From assembly GCF_963921235.1 (NCBI RefSeq), contig NC_086097.1:88786001-88850000 (forward strand): DNA of 64,000 nt. Direction: 5' to 3'. Positions within the stretch are counted from its first letter, which is position 1. Each line of letters opens with the position of its first letter. The notes below the pieces were generated by a model. It searched no databases. It worked only from the letters and a program-made list of their open reading frames with translations, and was not told where the DNA came from. This stretch comes from Mobula hypostoma (lineage: Eukaryota). Below, in pieces: positions 37,369 to 48,726 of this stretch. Position numbers and translations under genes: made by a program.

Positions 37369-39134
37369 CTAGTAGCCATAATGTTGAGATGGTAGCAAAG
37401 AAAATGAAAATAATGAGAAAGGGATGGAGGTGTTGAGAACAAGATAGTGCTGTTGGAAATGAGATAGCAAGGAAGGAAATGAGATAGAAGTGAAGAGAAT
37501 TATTTGAGAATGGAATAAGAATGGTGAGCAGGAGAAGGTAGAAAATGGAAGGATACAACGACAGATAATCTGATAAAGATGAAGTAATTTTCAGGATGTG
37601 AATCAGATGGCGCTGATGACAATGAGTCAGTCACAATGGCAGAGTGCGATGAGAGTGAGATGGGGGGGGTGACAGCAGTGAGATACAATTATGACAGTGA
37701 GACTGTAGCGATGGGTTCTCTTTCCAGACATTAAGGTTAAGAAATTATTTAATAGAGATGTTCAAGATAAGGAGGGACTGAGGCCAAAAAAAAAAAATTC
37801 ATCACATAATTAGAACAATTCAGAACAAAGAATGAAAATCTAAGGTAAGTAGAAAAGAACCAAGAGGGGTTGGGAAGATCTTTCTTAAGCACTGACTGCA
37901 GGATGGAGATTTGATTGTGCACATAAGTATGTGATGGAAATATAAATATTTTCAGGTCTATGTGTTAAGAAACTGAAACCAAGCCTCAAGTGACAGTCTT
38001 TACAAAACAAAAAATCAATGGACCAATGGGCTGAAAGTAGTCCCCCTATATTATTGAAATTCTATTTTCATAAGAAATGACAGAAATGGCAATGATATGT
38101 GCAGATGGAGAAGAAATAAAGAGATTAACTCACTGAAACAGTGATGCAATGAGGATGGTTATGATGATAATACGACTCACTTGCCAAAGGGCTAGCTCAT
38201 CAGCGTCAATATGGGTCAGTTTCAACATTTTGTTTTGAAAAAAATATAATGGAGAATGTAATATCGATTATCTGGACTGGTCCTCTGATGTAGTTATTAC
38301 CCTAGGAGGAGATACTGTATATTGTATATTCCTTGTTTAAAACAAGGAGAGGTGATTCACGTACTTAGCAGGAACTAGTATGGAATAGATTGAGAGGATC
38401 AAACAAACAAGATCCTGGAGGAACTCAGCAGGCCAGGCAGCAGCTGTGCAGAGAAATGGACCATCACCTGCTGGTATGGGAGACAGTGGTCTGATGATTG
38501 TTGGTGGAGTCACAGTAGAAGGTGCCTCTGAGAGCTGCTCCCTACCCTCTGCCAGGCTACAACAGCACTACCCTTGTCAACAAGTCTGAGGGTGGGGTGA
38601 GGTTAGGTGTGGAGTGAGCAGTGAGTGAGCAGAATGAAGAACTCAGAATGGTTGATGTTGTGTCAGCAGTTGAAAATGAAAAGGCTGAGAGAAGGTTAAA
38701 AAGCCAGGAAGGCATGTGCAAGAGGAAGAGGGGTTTTAGAGATGGGGAAAAAAGGTGGAGGTCGAGGACCAATGAACTAGGAATGGAGGCATAGAGGAAG
38801 AACCATTGGGAATTGTGATGTAAGGAATGTAAATGCCTGACGTCCTGGCTGGGGTTGAACTGGGTGGCCTGGAAATGGAGCTAGAGGTCACATGCATCAA
38901 GGTGATAGTAAAAACAAGTATCTAGGAGGTTCACACGTGGTTAAAGACTGAGAGGATGTCACATCACCTTAGAAGTCTAGAATTTGATCACATTCAGATT
39001 TTTAAGACAGATAAAATTCTTCACTCAAAGAGTTGTGAATCAGAAATGTTATATTATAATGTTCAATAGGTGAGACATCAGTAGATTTTGGATACCGAGG
39101 GAATCAACTTCTATTATGAATATTGGATAAGCTG

Positions 39135-40020
39135 GATGGATGGATGAATGAAGGATGATGGGTGATGGTGGTGGGCAGTGATGGTGATGATGATGATGGT
39201 GATGAAGACAATGATAGGCAATGAAGGCGATGAGCGATGAAGGTGATGGGCATGGGCGACGATGGTGACGAAGGGCAATGATGGTGATGAAGGCAGTGAT
39301 GGTGATGGTCAGTGATGATGGGCAATGAAGGCGACGAGCAACGAAGGTGATGGGCGGCGATGGATGAAGATGGCAATGGACCACGATGACGATGGCGGCA
39401 ATGGTTGACGATGGACGACGATGGCAATGGGCAACAATGGACGATAATGGCAATGGGCGACGATGGACAATGATGGTGATGAAGGTGATGACTGATGATG
39501 GTGATGATGGGTGACGATGGTGATGAAAATGAAGGTAATGAAGGCAATGAAGATGATGGGCAATGATAGGTGACGATGGGCAATGATAGATGGTGTTGGA
39601 CGGTGGTGGGTGATGGGCGGTTGTGATGATGGGCAATGATGGCGATCAAGGTGATGATGGTGAAGGTGATGGATGCTGATGGGTAAGGATGGGGGTGGAC
39701 GATGGTAATGATGGTTGATAATAGAGATGGGGATGATGGATGCTAGGTGATGATGGATGATGTTGATAATGATGACGACGATGAATGATGGAGAAGATGA
39801 TGGACGACGAATGGTGATGAGATGACGGATGACCATGGAGATGTTGGATGATGATGATGATAGATGATAATGTATTATGGAGATGATGATAATGGATGAT
39901 AGATGACAATGATAATGGATGATGACGACAATGATGATGATAATGATGCCGGATGATGAGGATAATGACGCTGGATGATGACGATAATGATGCCGGATGA
40001 TGATGATGATAATGATGAAT
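39135..40020. repeat. (GAT/GAC/GGT/AAT)n compound trinucleotide tract
   Basis: ~890 bp of gat-based triplets with recurring gggcaatga and gatggtgatga motifs. Confidence 0.9.
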
Positions 40021-40518
40021 AGGGAAACAATAATGATCAATAGGGGAATGACAAAATGCTGTGAGACGCTATTTCCCCATACCTCCTCATGGAACAGGGA
40101 GATAGATGAAGAATAGATATTCACTCAAAATGGCTCTATTATTACCTTAGATGTTTGACTGGCATGATCTGCACCCACATCACCATATAAGACAATGCCA
40201 GCTGAAAGTAGCATGCATTTTCTGAAAATATTGCTTTAAAGAACTTGCCCTTTCAAGAACATACAATGGCATAAGACATTGTTGGTCCTCTGCCCACTTA
40301 GACATCAATGCAATCATTTCCGTCACCTTCAGTCTTGTCCCTCAGAGGTTCTCCTTCATTCTGACACAGCAGCAGCATACTTTCCCATTATTGTGTAGCT
40401 CTCATTATTGTTAATACTTCCGTTAAGCATTTTAACACTCTATTAGTTATATACCTCATTTATCTTGGCTCCCTTTTAAGAAACAGTAACAGGAGTCACA
40501 TCAGAAAGTGAAGTTCAC

Positions 40519-40879
40519 CTAGAAGTTATACTGTGAGACAAAGACAATGACCTTAGAGACGTGCTTGGTAAGGACTGTTTTCCCATGAAGTTCCGTCATC
40601 TCCATTTCAACCTCCAAAGTTGCAGGGCCTTGGATGGGATGCACTAGTACCAGCTCCCCTGTCTGCCTGTCTGACCGCTGGATGGAAAAATGGTTCTGCC
40701 CAACACCTCCTACGATGCTGAAGCGCATGGTGTCTCCTGTGAACCGGCTGCTTGTCATCCGGAAGAGAGTTCTGGGGGTTCGCAGGTTGGAGGTCAGGGT
40801 GAGGTAATGGAAGGTAATGGAGTAGGGAGCATTTGCACACAACTTGCTCTCCATTGGACATGGGTTTCTCTCACATTTA
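40519..40879 (-). CDS. FBLN7: Fibulin-7(-like) terminal coding exon, fibulin C-terminal domain
   Basis: Acceptor ttttctcttttaatcgcag|TAAATGT, phase 2. Translates KCERNPCPMESKLCANAPYSITFHYLTLTSNLRTPRTLFRM...QRSDRQTGELVLV...HVSKVIVFVSQYNF then TAG at 40519-40521. Recognisable as the FBLN7-type C-terminus (QRSDRQTG, HVSKVxxFVSxYxF). Confidence 0.93.
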
Positions 40880-41662
40880 CTGCGATTAAAAGAGAAAAGT
40901 GTAAGAACAAGTAAGAAAGAGGACAAAGAGAGCATGTTGGATCTTTTATCATACAGGCACTTCCTGTCCCAAAATACTGAACAAGAGGCACGCAATCAGC
41001 TGAAAATTCCATTGATTTGTTATTAAACAATGCTTGAAAAGGGAGACAAGCATTACTGCCTCAGTACGTCTCCAAGCAATTTACAGTTAATAAAGTACTT
41101 TTTAAAAGAGTTGTCGTTATGAAACATGGGAAGCATGATTGCCAATTTGTGCACAGCAAGATATCACAATCAGCAAAGCGTTTTGGCCGAGCAAAGCAGC
41201 GTGTCCCACATTTATAACAGAAACGGAGTTGGAACTTGTGAGGAACCAGACTGTGCACTGTTCAATGCAACAGACATGGTGATTGAGCTTAGACACTTGA
41301 GCATTTCTACGGAGGTTTCAGATTAACAACAAAATAAAACACACAGAGTGACCAAAAAAGTAGCAAAATCCAGGGTATGCACTTATCATTTGGTGAGCAT
41401 TTAGTCTATTAAGTTTCTGTGGTCAATATCTAAATTCATAATCTTTTATATTCAGACTCAGTTTGCATGCATAGGAAATAAAGGCTAAAAATAGGTATGA
41501 AATTTGGTTTTCTGTATTTCAGAACATTATGCAATATATTTAGAAGTTCTATTTTAGAAAGATGCTGAAAATGTTCAGATGTTAATTAAGGGTCAGACAG
41601 ACTGCTTGATTCATCTCAGGCTCGCTAATCTGACTGCACCGAATGCATGAGGGTAGATCTCT

Positions 41663-42460
41663 CATAGAAACATATTGTTCAAGCACAATACAGGCCCTTT
41701 GGCCCACAAAGTTCAACCTTAGAAATTACTAGGCTTACCTACAGCCCTCTATTTTTCTAAGCTCCATGTACCTATCCAAAAGTCTGTTAAAAGTTCCTAT
41801 CATATCCGCCTCCACCGTTGCCGGCAGCCCATTCCATGTACTCACCACTCTGAGTTAAAAAACTTACCCCTGACATCTCCTCTGTACCTACTCCCCAGCA
41901 CCTTAAACCTGTGTCCTCTTGTGGCAACCATTTTAGCCCTGGGAAAAAGCCTCTGACTACCCACACGATCAATGCCTCTCATCATCTTATACACATCTAT
42001 CAAGTCACCTCTCATCCTCCATCGCTCCAAGGAGTAAAGGCCGAGTTCACCCAACCGGTTTTCATAAGGCATGCTCTCCAATCCAGGCAACATCCTTGTA
42101 AATCTCCTCTGCACCCTTTCTATGGCTTCCACATCCTTCCTGTAGTGAGGCGAGCAGAACTGAGCACAGTACTCCAAGTGGGGTCTGACCAGGGTCCTAT
42201 ATAGCTGCAACATTCCCTCTCGGCTCCTAAATTCAATTCCACGATTGATGAAGGCCAATACACCGTATGCCTTCTTAACCACAAAGTCAGCCTGCACAGC
42301 TGCTTTGAGCGTCCTATGGACTCGGACCCCAAGATCCCTCTGATCCTCCACACTGCCAAGAATGACAGTGTATACTATATTCTGCCATCATATTTGACCT
42401 ACCAAAATGAACCACTTCACACCTACCTGGGTTGAACTCCATCTGCCACTTCTCAGCCCC
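41663..42460 (-). mobile_element. CR1 LINE 3' fragment
   Basis: QRDLGVRVH...LVRPHLEYCAQF...RGDLIDVYKMMRG. Confidence 0.88.
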
Positions 42461-42950
42461 AAATTTAATACCAACCAATTTACATCAGGTGACATTGATA
42501 CTGTATATGGATCATCCCCCTTTGTTTGACACCAGATGTTAATGGGCCAGATTATCCAGGCCGCCTGCAAGCCATTACACCCGTTTCCAGTTGGAAAGTG
42601 ATGGATTGGCAAAGACACTCAACAACTGCTGAGAAGCCAACCTCCTGACTGCCTACCCAGTGGGGATCTTGCCAGTCTCTAACACGTGGCCTCTCACTCA
42701 GAAATCCAACCTCCACCACAGATTTCTCAGTGCACTATGCTTGCTAAGTGGCTGAGCCCATGACCTGAGTGAGAAGGAACAAGGTTCTCTGTCTCAGCCA
42801 AGAAGACAGGGGATGTGGTTGTGGAAATGTGGCTGGCCAAGTGCTGGCTAATGTAGGGCTCTTCAAGCTAGAATGAGAAAGACATCCTTGTGTTAAAGGA
42901 TTTTCTGATGCAACTTTGCCAAAGAGAATTCAGCAGAATACAGAATACAA

Positions 42951-45023
42951 AACCATAAGACAAGGAGCAGAATTAGGCCATTTGGCCCATCAAGTCTGCT
43001 CTGCCATTCAATCATGGCTGATCTTTTTCTCCCCTCCTCAGCCCCACTCCCCAGCCTTCTCCCCGTAACTATAGATGCCATGTCTAATCAAGAACCTATC
43101 AAGCTCTGCTTTGAATATACAAAACGACTCTGGCCTCTACAGCTGCTTGTGGTAATAAATTCCACAAATTCACCACCCTCTAGCTAAAGAAATTTCTCCA
43201 CATCTGTTTTAAATGGATGTACCTCTAACCTGAGGCTATGCCCTCTTTTCCTAGACTCCCCCACCATGGGAAACATTCTTTCCACATCTACTCTGTCTAG
43301 GCTTTTCAACAATTGTAAGGTTTCAGTGCAGTTCCCCCTTCATCCTTCTAAATTCCAGCGAGTACAGGTCCAAAGCTATCAAATGTTCCTTTCATTCCCA
43401 GAATCATCCAGTGAATCATCTCTGAACCCTCTCCAATGTCAGCAATCTTTTCTTAGATGAGAAGCCCAAAACTATTCACAATACACAATGTGAGGTCTCA
43501 GCAGTGCCTTATAAAGCCTCAGCTTCACATCCTTGCTCTTGTATTCTAGACCTCTTGAAATGAGGTCCGCAAGTTAACCTTTCAGAATTTTGGAATTTCT
43601 CCCCATTTAGAAAATAGTCTTCACATTTATTCCTTCTACCAAAGTTATGACTATGCATTTTCCAATATTGTATTTCATTTGCCACCTTCTTGCCCATTCT
43701 TCTAATCTGCCCTTCTGCAGTCTACCTGTTTCCTCAACACTACCTGCTGCTCCACCAATTTTCATGTCATCTGAAAACTTGACAACAAAGCCACCTATTC
43801 CATCTAAATCATTGATATACAGCATAAAAAGCAGTCCCCACACCAACCCCTGCGGAACACCACTTCTCACTGGCAGCCAGCCAGAAAAGGAACCTTTTAT
43901 TCCCACTTGCTGCCTTCTACCAATCAGCCAATGCTCTAAACATGCCAGTAACTTTCCTGTAATACCATTGGCTCTTAACTTGGTAAGCAGCCTCATGTGT
44001 GGCAACTTGTCAAAGGTCTTCTGAAAGTTCAAATAATCAACATCTACTGCATCCCCTTTATCTATTCTATTTGTAATTTCCTCAAAGAATTCCAACAGGT
44101 TTTTCAGGCAGGATTTTCCCTTAAAAAAATTATGCTGACTTTGACCTATCTTGTCCTGTATCTCCAAGTACTCCATAACTTCATCCTTAACAATTGACTC
44201 CAACATCTTTTCAACTACTGAGGTCAAGCTAACTGGTCTACAATTTCCTTTCTGCTGTCTTCCTTCTTTCTTAAAGAGTGGAGTGACATTTGCAATTTTC
44301 CAGTCCTCTGGCATCATGTCAAAGTCCAATAATTTTTGAAAGATCATTACTAATGTTCCACAATCTCTGCCGCTACCTCTTTCAGATCCCTAGGGTGAGC
44401 TTCATCTGGTCAAGGCATCTCCTTCCAATTTACTTTGGCCAACTCCTCTCTCATACCACTGTAATTTCCCTTACTCCACTGAAATACTGCTATATCTGAC
44501 TTTACCTTTTCCCTATCAAGTTTCAAGTTAAACTCAATCATATTGTGATCACTGGTTCCTAAGGGTTCTTTTACCTTAAGCTCCCTAAACGCCTCCGGTT
44601 CAGGACACCCAATTCAGCATAGCTGATCCCCTGGAAGGTTCAACGACAAACTGCTCTAAAAAGCCATCTCTTAGGCATTCAACGAACTCACTGTCTTGAG
44701 ATCCATCACCAACCTGATTTTCACAATCGACCTGCATGTTAAAATCTCCCATGATTACCATAACATTGCCCTTTTGACTCGCCTTTTCTATTTCCTGTTG
44801 TAATCTGTGGTCTACCTCCCAGCCACTGTTGGGAGGCCTGTATATAATTGCCATCAATGTCCTTTTTACCCTTGCAGTTTCTTAACTTAATCCACAAGGA
44901 TTCAGCATCTTCTGATCCTACGTCACATCTCTCAACCGATCTGAAGCCATTCTTTACCAGCAGAGCCACACCACCCCCTCTGCCTACCCTCCTATCCCTC
45001 CAATACAATATGCAGCCTTGGAC
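42951..45023 (-). mobile_element. CR1 LINE, internally deleted (APE endonuclease part, RT, 3' end)
   Basis: RDRRVGRGGGVALLVK; YRPPN...MGDFN; PEDWKIANVTPLFKK...SGVPQG...KFSDD. Confidence 0.88.
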
Positions 45024-48000
45024 ATATAAAAGCAAGGATGTAATGTTGAGCCTTTATAAAGCACTGGTGAGGCCTCACTTGGAATACTGTGAACCATTTT
45101 TGGCCCATTATCTAAGAAAAGATGTGCTGAATTGGAAAAGGTTCAAAGGAGGGTCGCAAAAATGATTCTGGAATTGAAAGGCTGATCGTGAGAGGAGCAT
45201 TTGATGCCTCTGGGCCTCTACTGACTGGAATTCAAAGGAATGAGAGGTGACCTCCTTGAAATCTATCGAATGTTGAAAGGACTTGATAGAGTAGATGTGG
45301 AGAGAATTTTCCATTAGTGGAGGAATCTAAGACCAGAGGACACAGCCTCAGAATAGACAGATGTCCTTTAAGAATGGAGATGAGGAATTTCTTTTGTCAG
45401 AGAGTGATGAATCTTGTGGGGCCGAGTCACAGGGTGTACTTAAGTCAGTAGCTCAGAATCAGAATCAGGTTTATCATCACCAGCATGTGACGTGAAATGT
45501 ATTAACTTAGCAGCAGTTCAATGCAATATATAATATAGAAGAGAAAAAATAAAATAAAAATAATAATAAAAAAGTAAAACAATTACAGCATATATATATT
45601 GAATAGATTTTTTAAAATGTGCAAAAAATAGAAATACTGTATATCAGAAAAAGCAAGGTAGTGTCCAAAGCTTCAATGTCCATTTAGGAATTGGATGGCA
45701 GAGGGGAAGAAACTGTTCCTGAATCACTGAGTGTGCGGATTCAGGCTTCTGTACCTCCTACCTGATGGTAACAGTGAGAAAAGGGCATGCCCTGGGTGCT
45801 GGAGGTCCTTAATAATGGACGCTGCCTTTCCGAGACACCACTCCCTGAAGATGTCCTGGGTACTTTGTATGCTTGTACCCAAGATGGAGCTGACTAGATT
45901 TACAAACTTCTGCAGCTTCTTTCAGTCCTGTACAGTAGCACCCCCCCACCCCCCCCCCCGTACCCCGTACCAGACAGTGATGCAGCCTGTCAGAATGCTC
46001 TCCATGGTACATCTACAGAAGTTTTTGTGTGTATTTGTTGACATGCCAAATCTCTTCAAACTCCTAATGACGCATAGCCGGTGTCTTGCCTTCTTTATAA
46101 CTACACTGATATGTTGGGACCAGGTTAGATCCTCAGAGATCTTGACACCCAGGAACTTGAAACTGCTCACTCTCTTCACTTCTGATCCCTCTATGAGGAT
46201 TGGTATGTGTTTCTTTGTCTTACCCTTCCTGAAGTCCACAATCAGCTCCTTCATCTTACTGATGTTGAGTGCCAGGTTGTTGCTGCGACACCACTCCACC
46301 AGTTGGCATATCTCACTCCTGTACGCCCTCTCGTCACCATCTGAGATTCTACCAACAATGGTTGTATTGTCAGCAAATTTATAGATGGTATTTGAGCTAT
46401 GTCTAGCCACACAGTCATATGTATATAGAGAGTAGAGCAGTGGGCTAAGCACACACCCCTGAGGTGTGCCAGTGTTGATTGTCAGCGAAGAGGATACGTT
46501 ATCACCAATCTGCACAGATTGTGGTCTTCCGGTTAGGAAGTCGAGGATCCAATTACATAGGGAGGTACAGAGGCCCAGGTTCTGCAACTTCTCAATCAGG
46601 ATTGTGGGAATGACGGTATTAAATGCTGAGCTATAGTCGATGGAACAGCATCCTGACGTAGGTGTTTGTGTTGTCTAGGTGGCCGTGTGAAGAGCCATGG
46701 AGATTGCATCAATATTGTGGCGATAGGCAAATTGCAATTGGTCCAAATTCTTGCTGAGGCAGGAGTTCAGTCTAGTCATGACTAACCTCTCAAAGCATTT
46801 CATCACTGTCGATGCGAGTGCTACCAGGCAATAGTCATTAATGCAGCCCACATTATTCTTTTTAGGCACTGGTATAATTGTTGCCTTTCTGAAGCAAGTG
46901 GGAACTTCCGCCCACAGCAGTGAGAGACTGAAAATGTCCTTGAATATTCTTGCTGGTTAGTTGGCACAGGTTTTCAGAGCCTCACCAGGTACTCCATCAA
47001 GACCTTCCACCTTGCAAAGGTTCACTCTCTTTAAAGACAACCTAACATTGGCCTCTGAGACAGAGATCACAGGGTCATCAGGTGCAGCAGGGATCTTCAC
47101 ATCTGTAGTTGTGTTCTCCCTTTCAAAGGGGGCACAGAAGGCATTGAATTCATCTGGTAGTGAAGCATCGCTACCATTCATACTATTGGGTTTTGCTTTG
47201 TAGGAAGTAATGTCTTGCAAACCCTGCCAGAGTTGCCATGCATCCGATATTGCCTGCAACCTCGTTCGAAGTTGTCTCTTTGCCTTTGAAATAGCCCTCC
47301 GCAAATCATACCTGGCTTTCTTGTACAGGCCTGGGTTGCCAGACTTGAATGCAACAGATCTAGGCTTCAGCAGACGACGTACCTCCTGGTTCATCCGCAG
47401 TTTTTGGTTTGGGAATGTACAGCAAGTCTCAATAGGCACACATTCATCCACACAGGTTTCAATGAAGTCTGTAACAACTGCAGCATACTCATCCAGGTTC
47501 AAAGATGAATCCCTGAATACAGTCCAGTCCACCGATTCAAAGCAGTCCTGCAGGCGCTCCTGTGCTTCCCTTGTCCATACCTTCTTGGTCCTCACTGCTG
47601 CTGCTGCAGTCTTCAGTCTCTGCCTATACTCAGGGAGTAAAGGTACAGCCAGGTGATCAAACTTCCCAGTGAGGGCATGGAATAGCACTGTAGGCATTCT
47701 TGATGCTGGTGTGACAATGGTCCAGTGTGTTGTTTCCTCTGGTATTGCAAGTAATCTGTTGATGGTAATTGCTTAGTGACTTTTTCCAGACTGGTCTGGT
47801 TAAAATCTCCCAAAACAATGGTGAAGACATTAGGGTGCGCTGTTTCGTGCATGTTGATCACATTGCTCAGATCATCTAAAGCCTGCTTGACATTGGCCTG
47901 AGGTGGAATGTATACTGCTACCAAAATGACCCCGGAGAACTCCCTTGATAGGTATAAGGGACGGCACGTAACTGCTAGATATTCCAGCTCTGGTGAGCAG

Positions 48001-48670
48001 AATTGGGACAGCACTGATATATTTGTGCACGAAGAAGAGTTGATCATGAGGCATATTCCTCCACCTCTGCTTTTGAGGCTCTATAGATCTATCCTGATGC
48101 TGTATAGTAAACCCGTCGATCTGAATCGCTGCATCCGGTATGGAAGAGGTTAACCAGAATTCTGTGAAACAAAGGACACATGCGGTCATAATGTCCCTCT
48201 CATTCAGCACCCTCGCTCTGAGACTTTATTCACCAGAGACTGCATGTTTGCCAGCAAGATAGTCGGTATAGGGAGTTTAAAACCCATTTCCTTAAACGCA
48301 CTTGTAATTCTGATCTACACCCACGCTTCCTCCAAGGTGTCCTCCATGAATGCTTCCAACCACAAGGTGTTGTTTCCATCAGTTTTGAGCAGCGATAGTT
48401 CACTTAAACGCATTAAGACATCTTTGTTGACTGCACTGACCTTGGAAGCAGTTGTGCTTTTTAGCTGTGTCTAGCTGAAACGGGACTATTTTAATCATAT
48501 CCATTGAGAGGACTGCTGCTACTCAAGTTGTACCTAGGCGCTCCGGAATTATGATAGATACTTGATTAGTTAGGGCATGAGATTGGGGCAGAGAGGAAAA
48601 ATGGATGAAACGGCAGAGCAGACTCATTGGGCCAAATGGCCCAATTCTGTTCCTATATCTTAAGGTCTTA
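45024..48670 (+). mobile_element. CR1 3' fragment (45024-45452 plus 48552-48670) split by Rex1
   Basis: YKSKDVMLSLYKALVRPHLEYC; the 3' end resumes after the Rex1 (tgatagatacttgattagt...taaggtctta). Confidence 0.75.
45453..48550 (-). mobile_element. Near full-length Rex1/Babar LINE (APE and RT), frameshifted
   Basis: [43 protein letters not shown]...[17 protein letters not shown]...KFADNTT; (ttctga)n tail. Confidence 0.9.
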
Positions 48671-48726
48671 CAAAAAACTTACATTCTGTATCAACAAGAG
48701 TAGAAACCTTTAAAAATGACTTGTAT

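Larger units (their letters stand above)
35150..37710. repeat. Degenerate (GAT/GTGAT/AAT)n low-complexity tract
   Basis: C-poor plus strand dominated by gatga/gtgat/aatga; interrupted by a CR1 tail (~35890-35955) and a fold-back element. Confidence 0.75.

Noticed and set aside
39049..40124. Long His/Ile/Ser-rich ORFs (181-271 aa), plus similar ORFs at 35455-36695
   Set aside because: These are translations of a (CAT)n-type low-complexity strand, open in several frames at once, with no gene structure.
40880..40995. N-terminal part of ORF 40519-40995 as a signal peptide of a single-exon gene
   Set aside because: It is the intron's polypyrimidine tract; homology starts at the AG acceptor at 40880-40881.
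45731..47656. Plus-strand ORFs of 148-217 aa
   Set aside because: They are antisense shadows of the Rex1 ORF with no independent domain signature.
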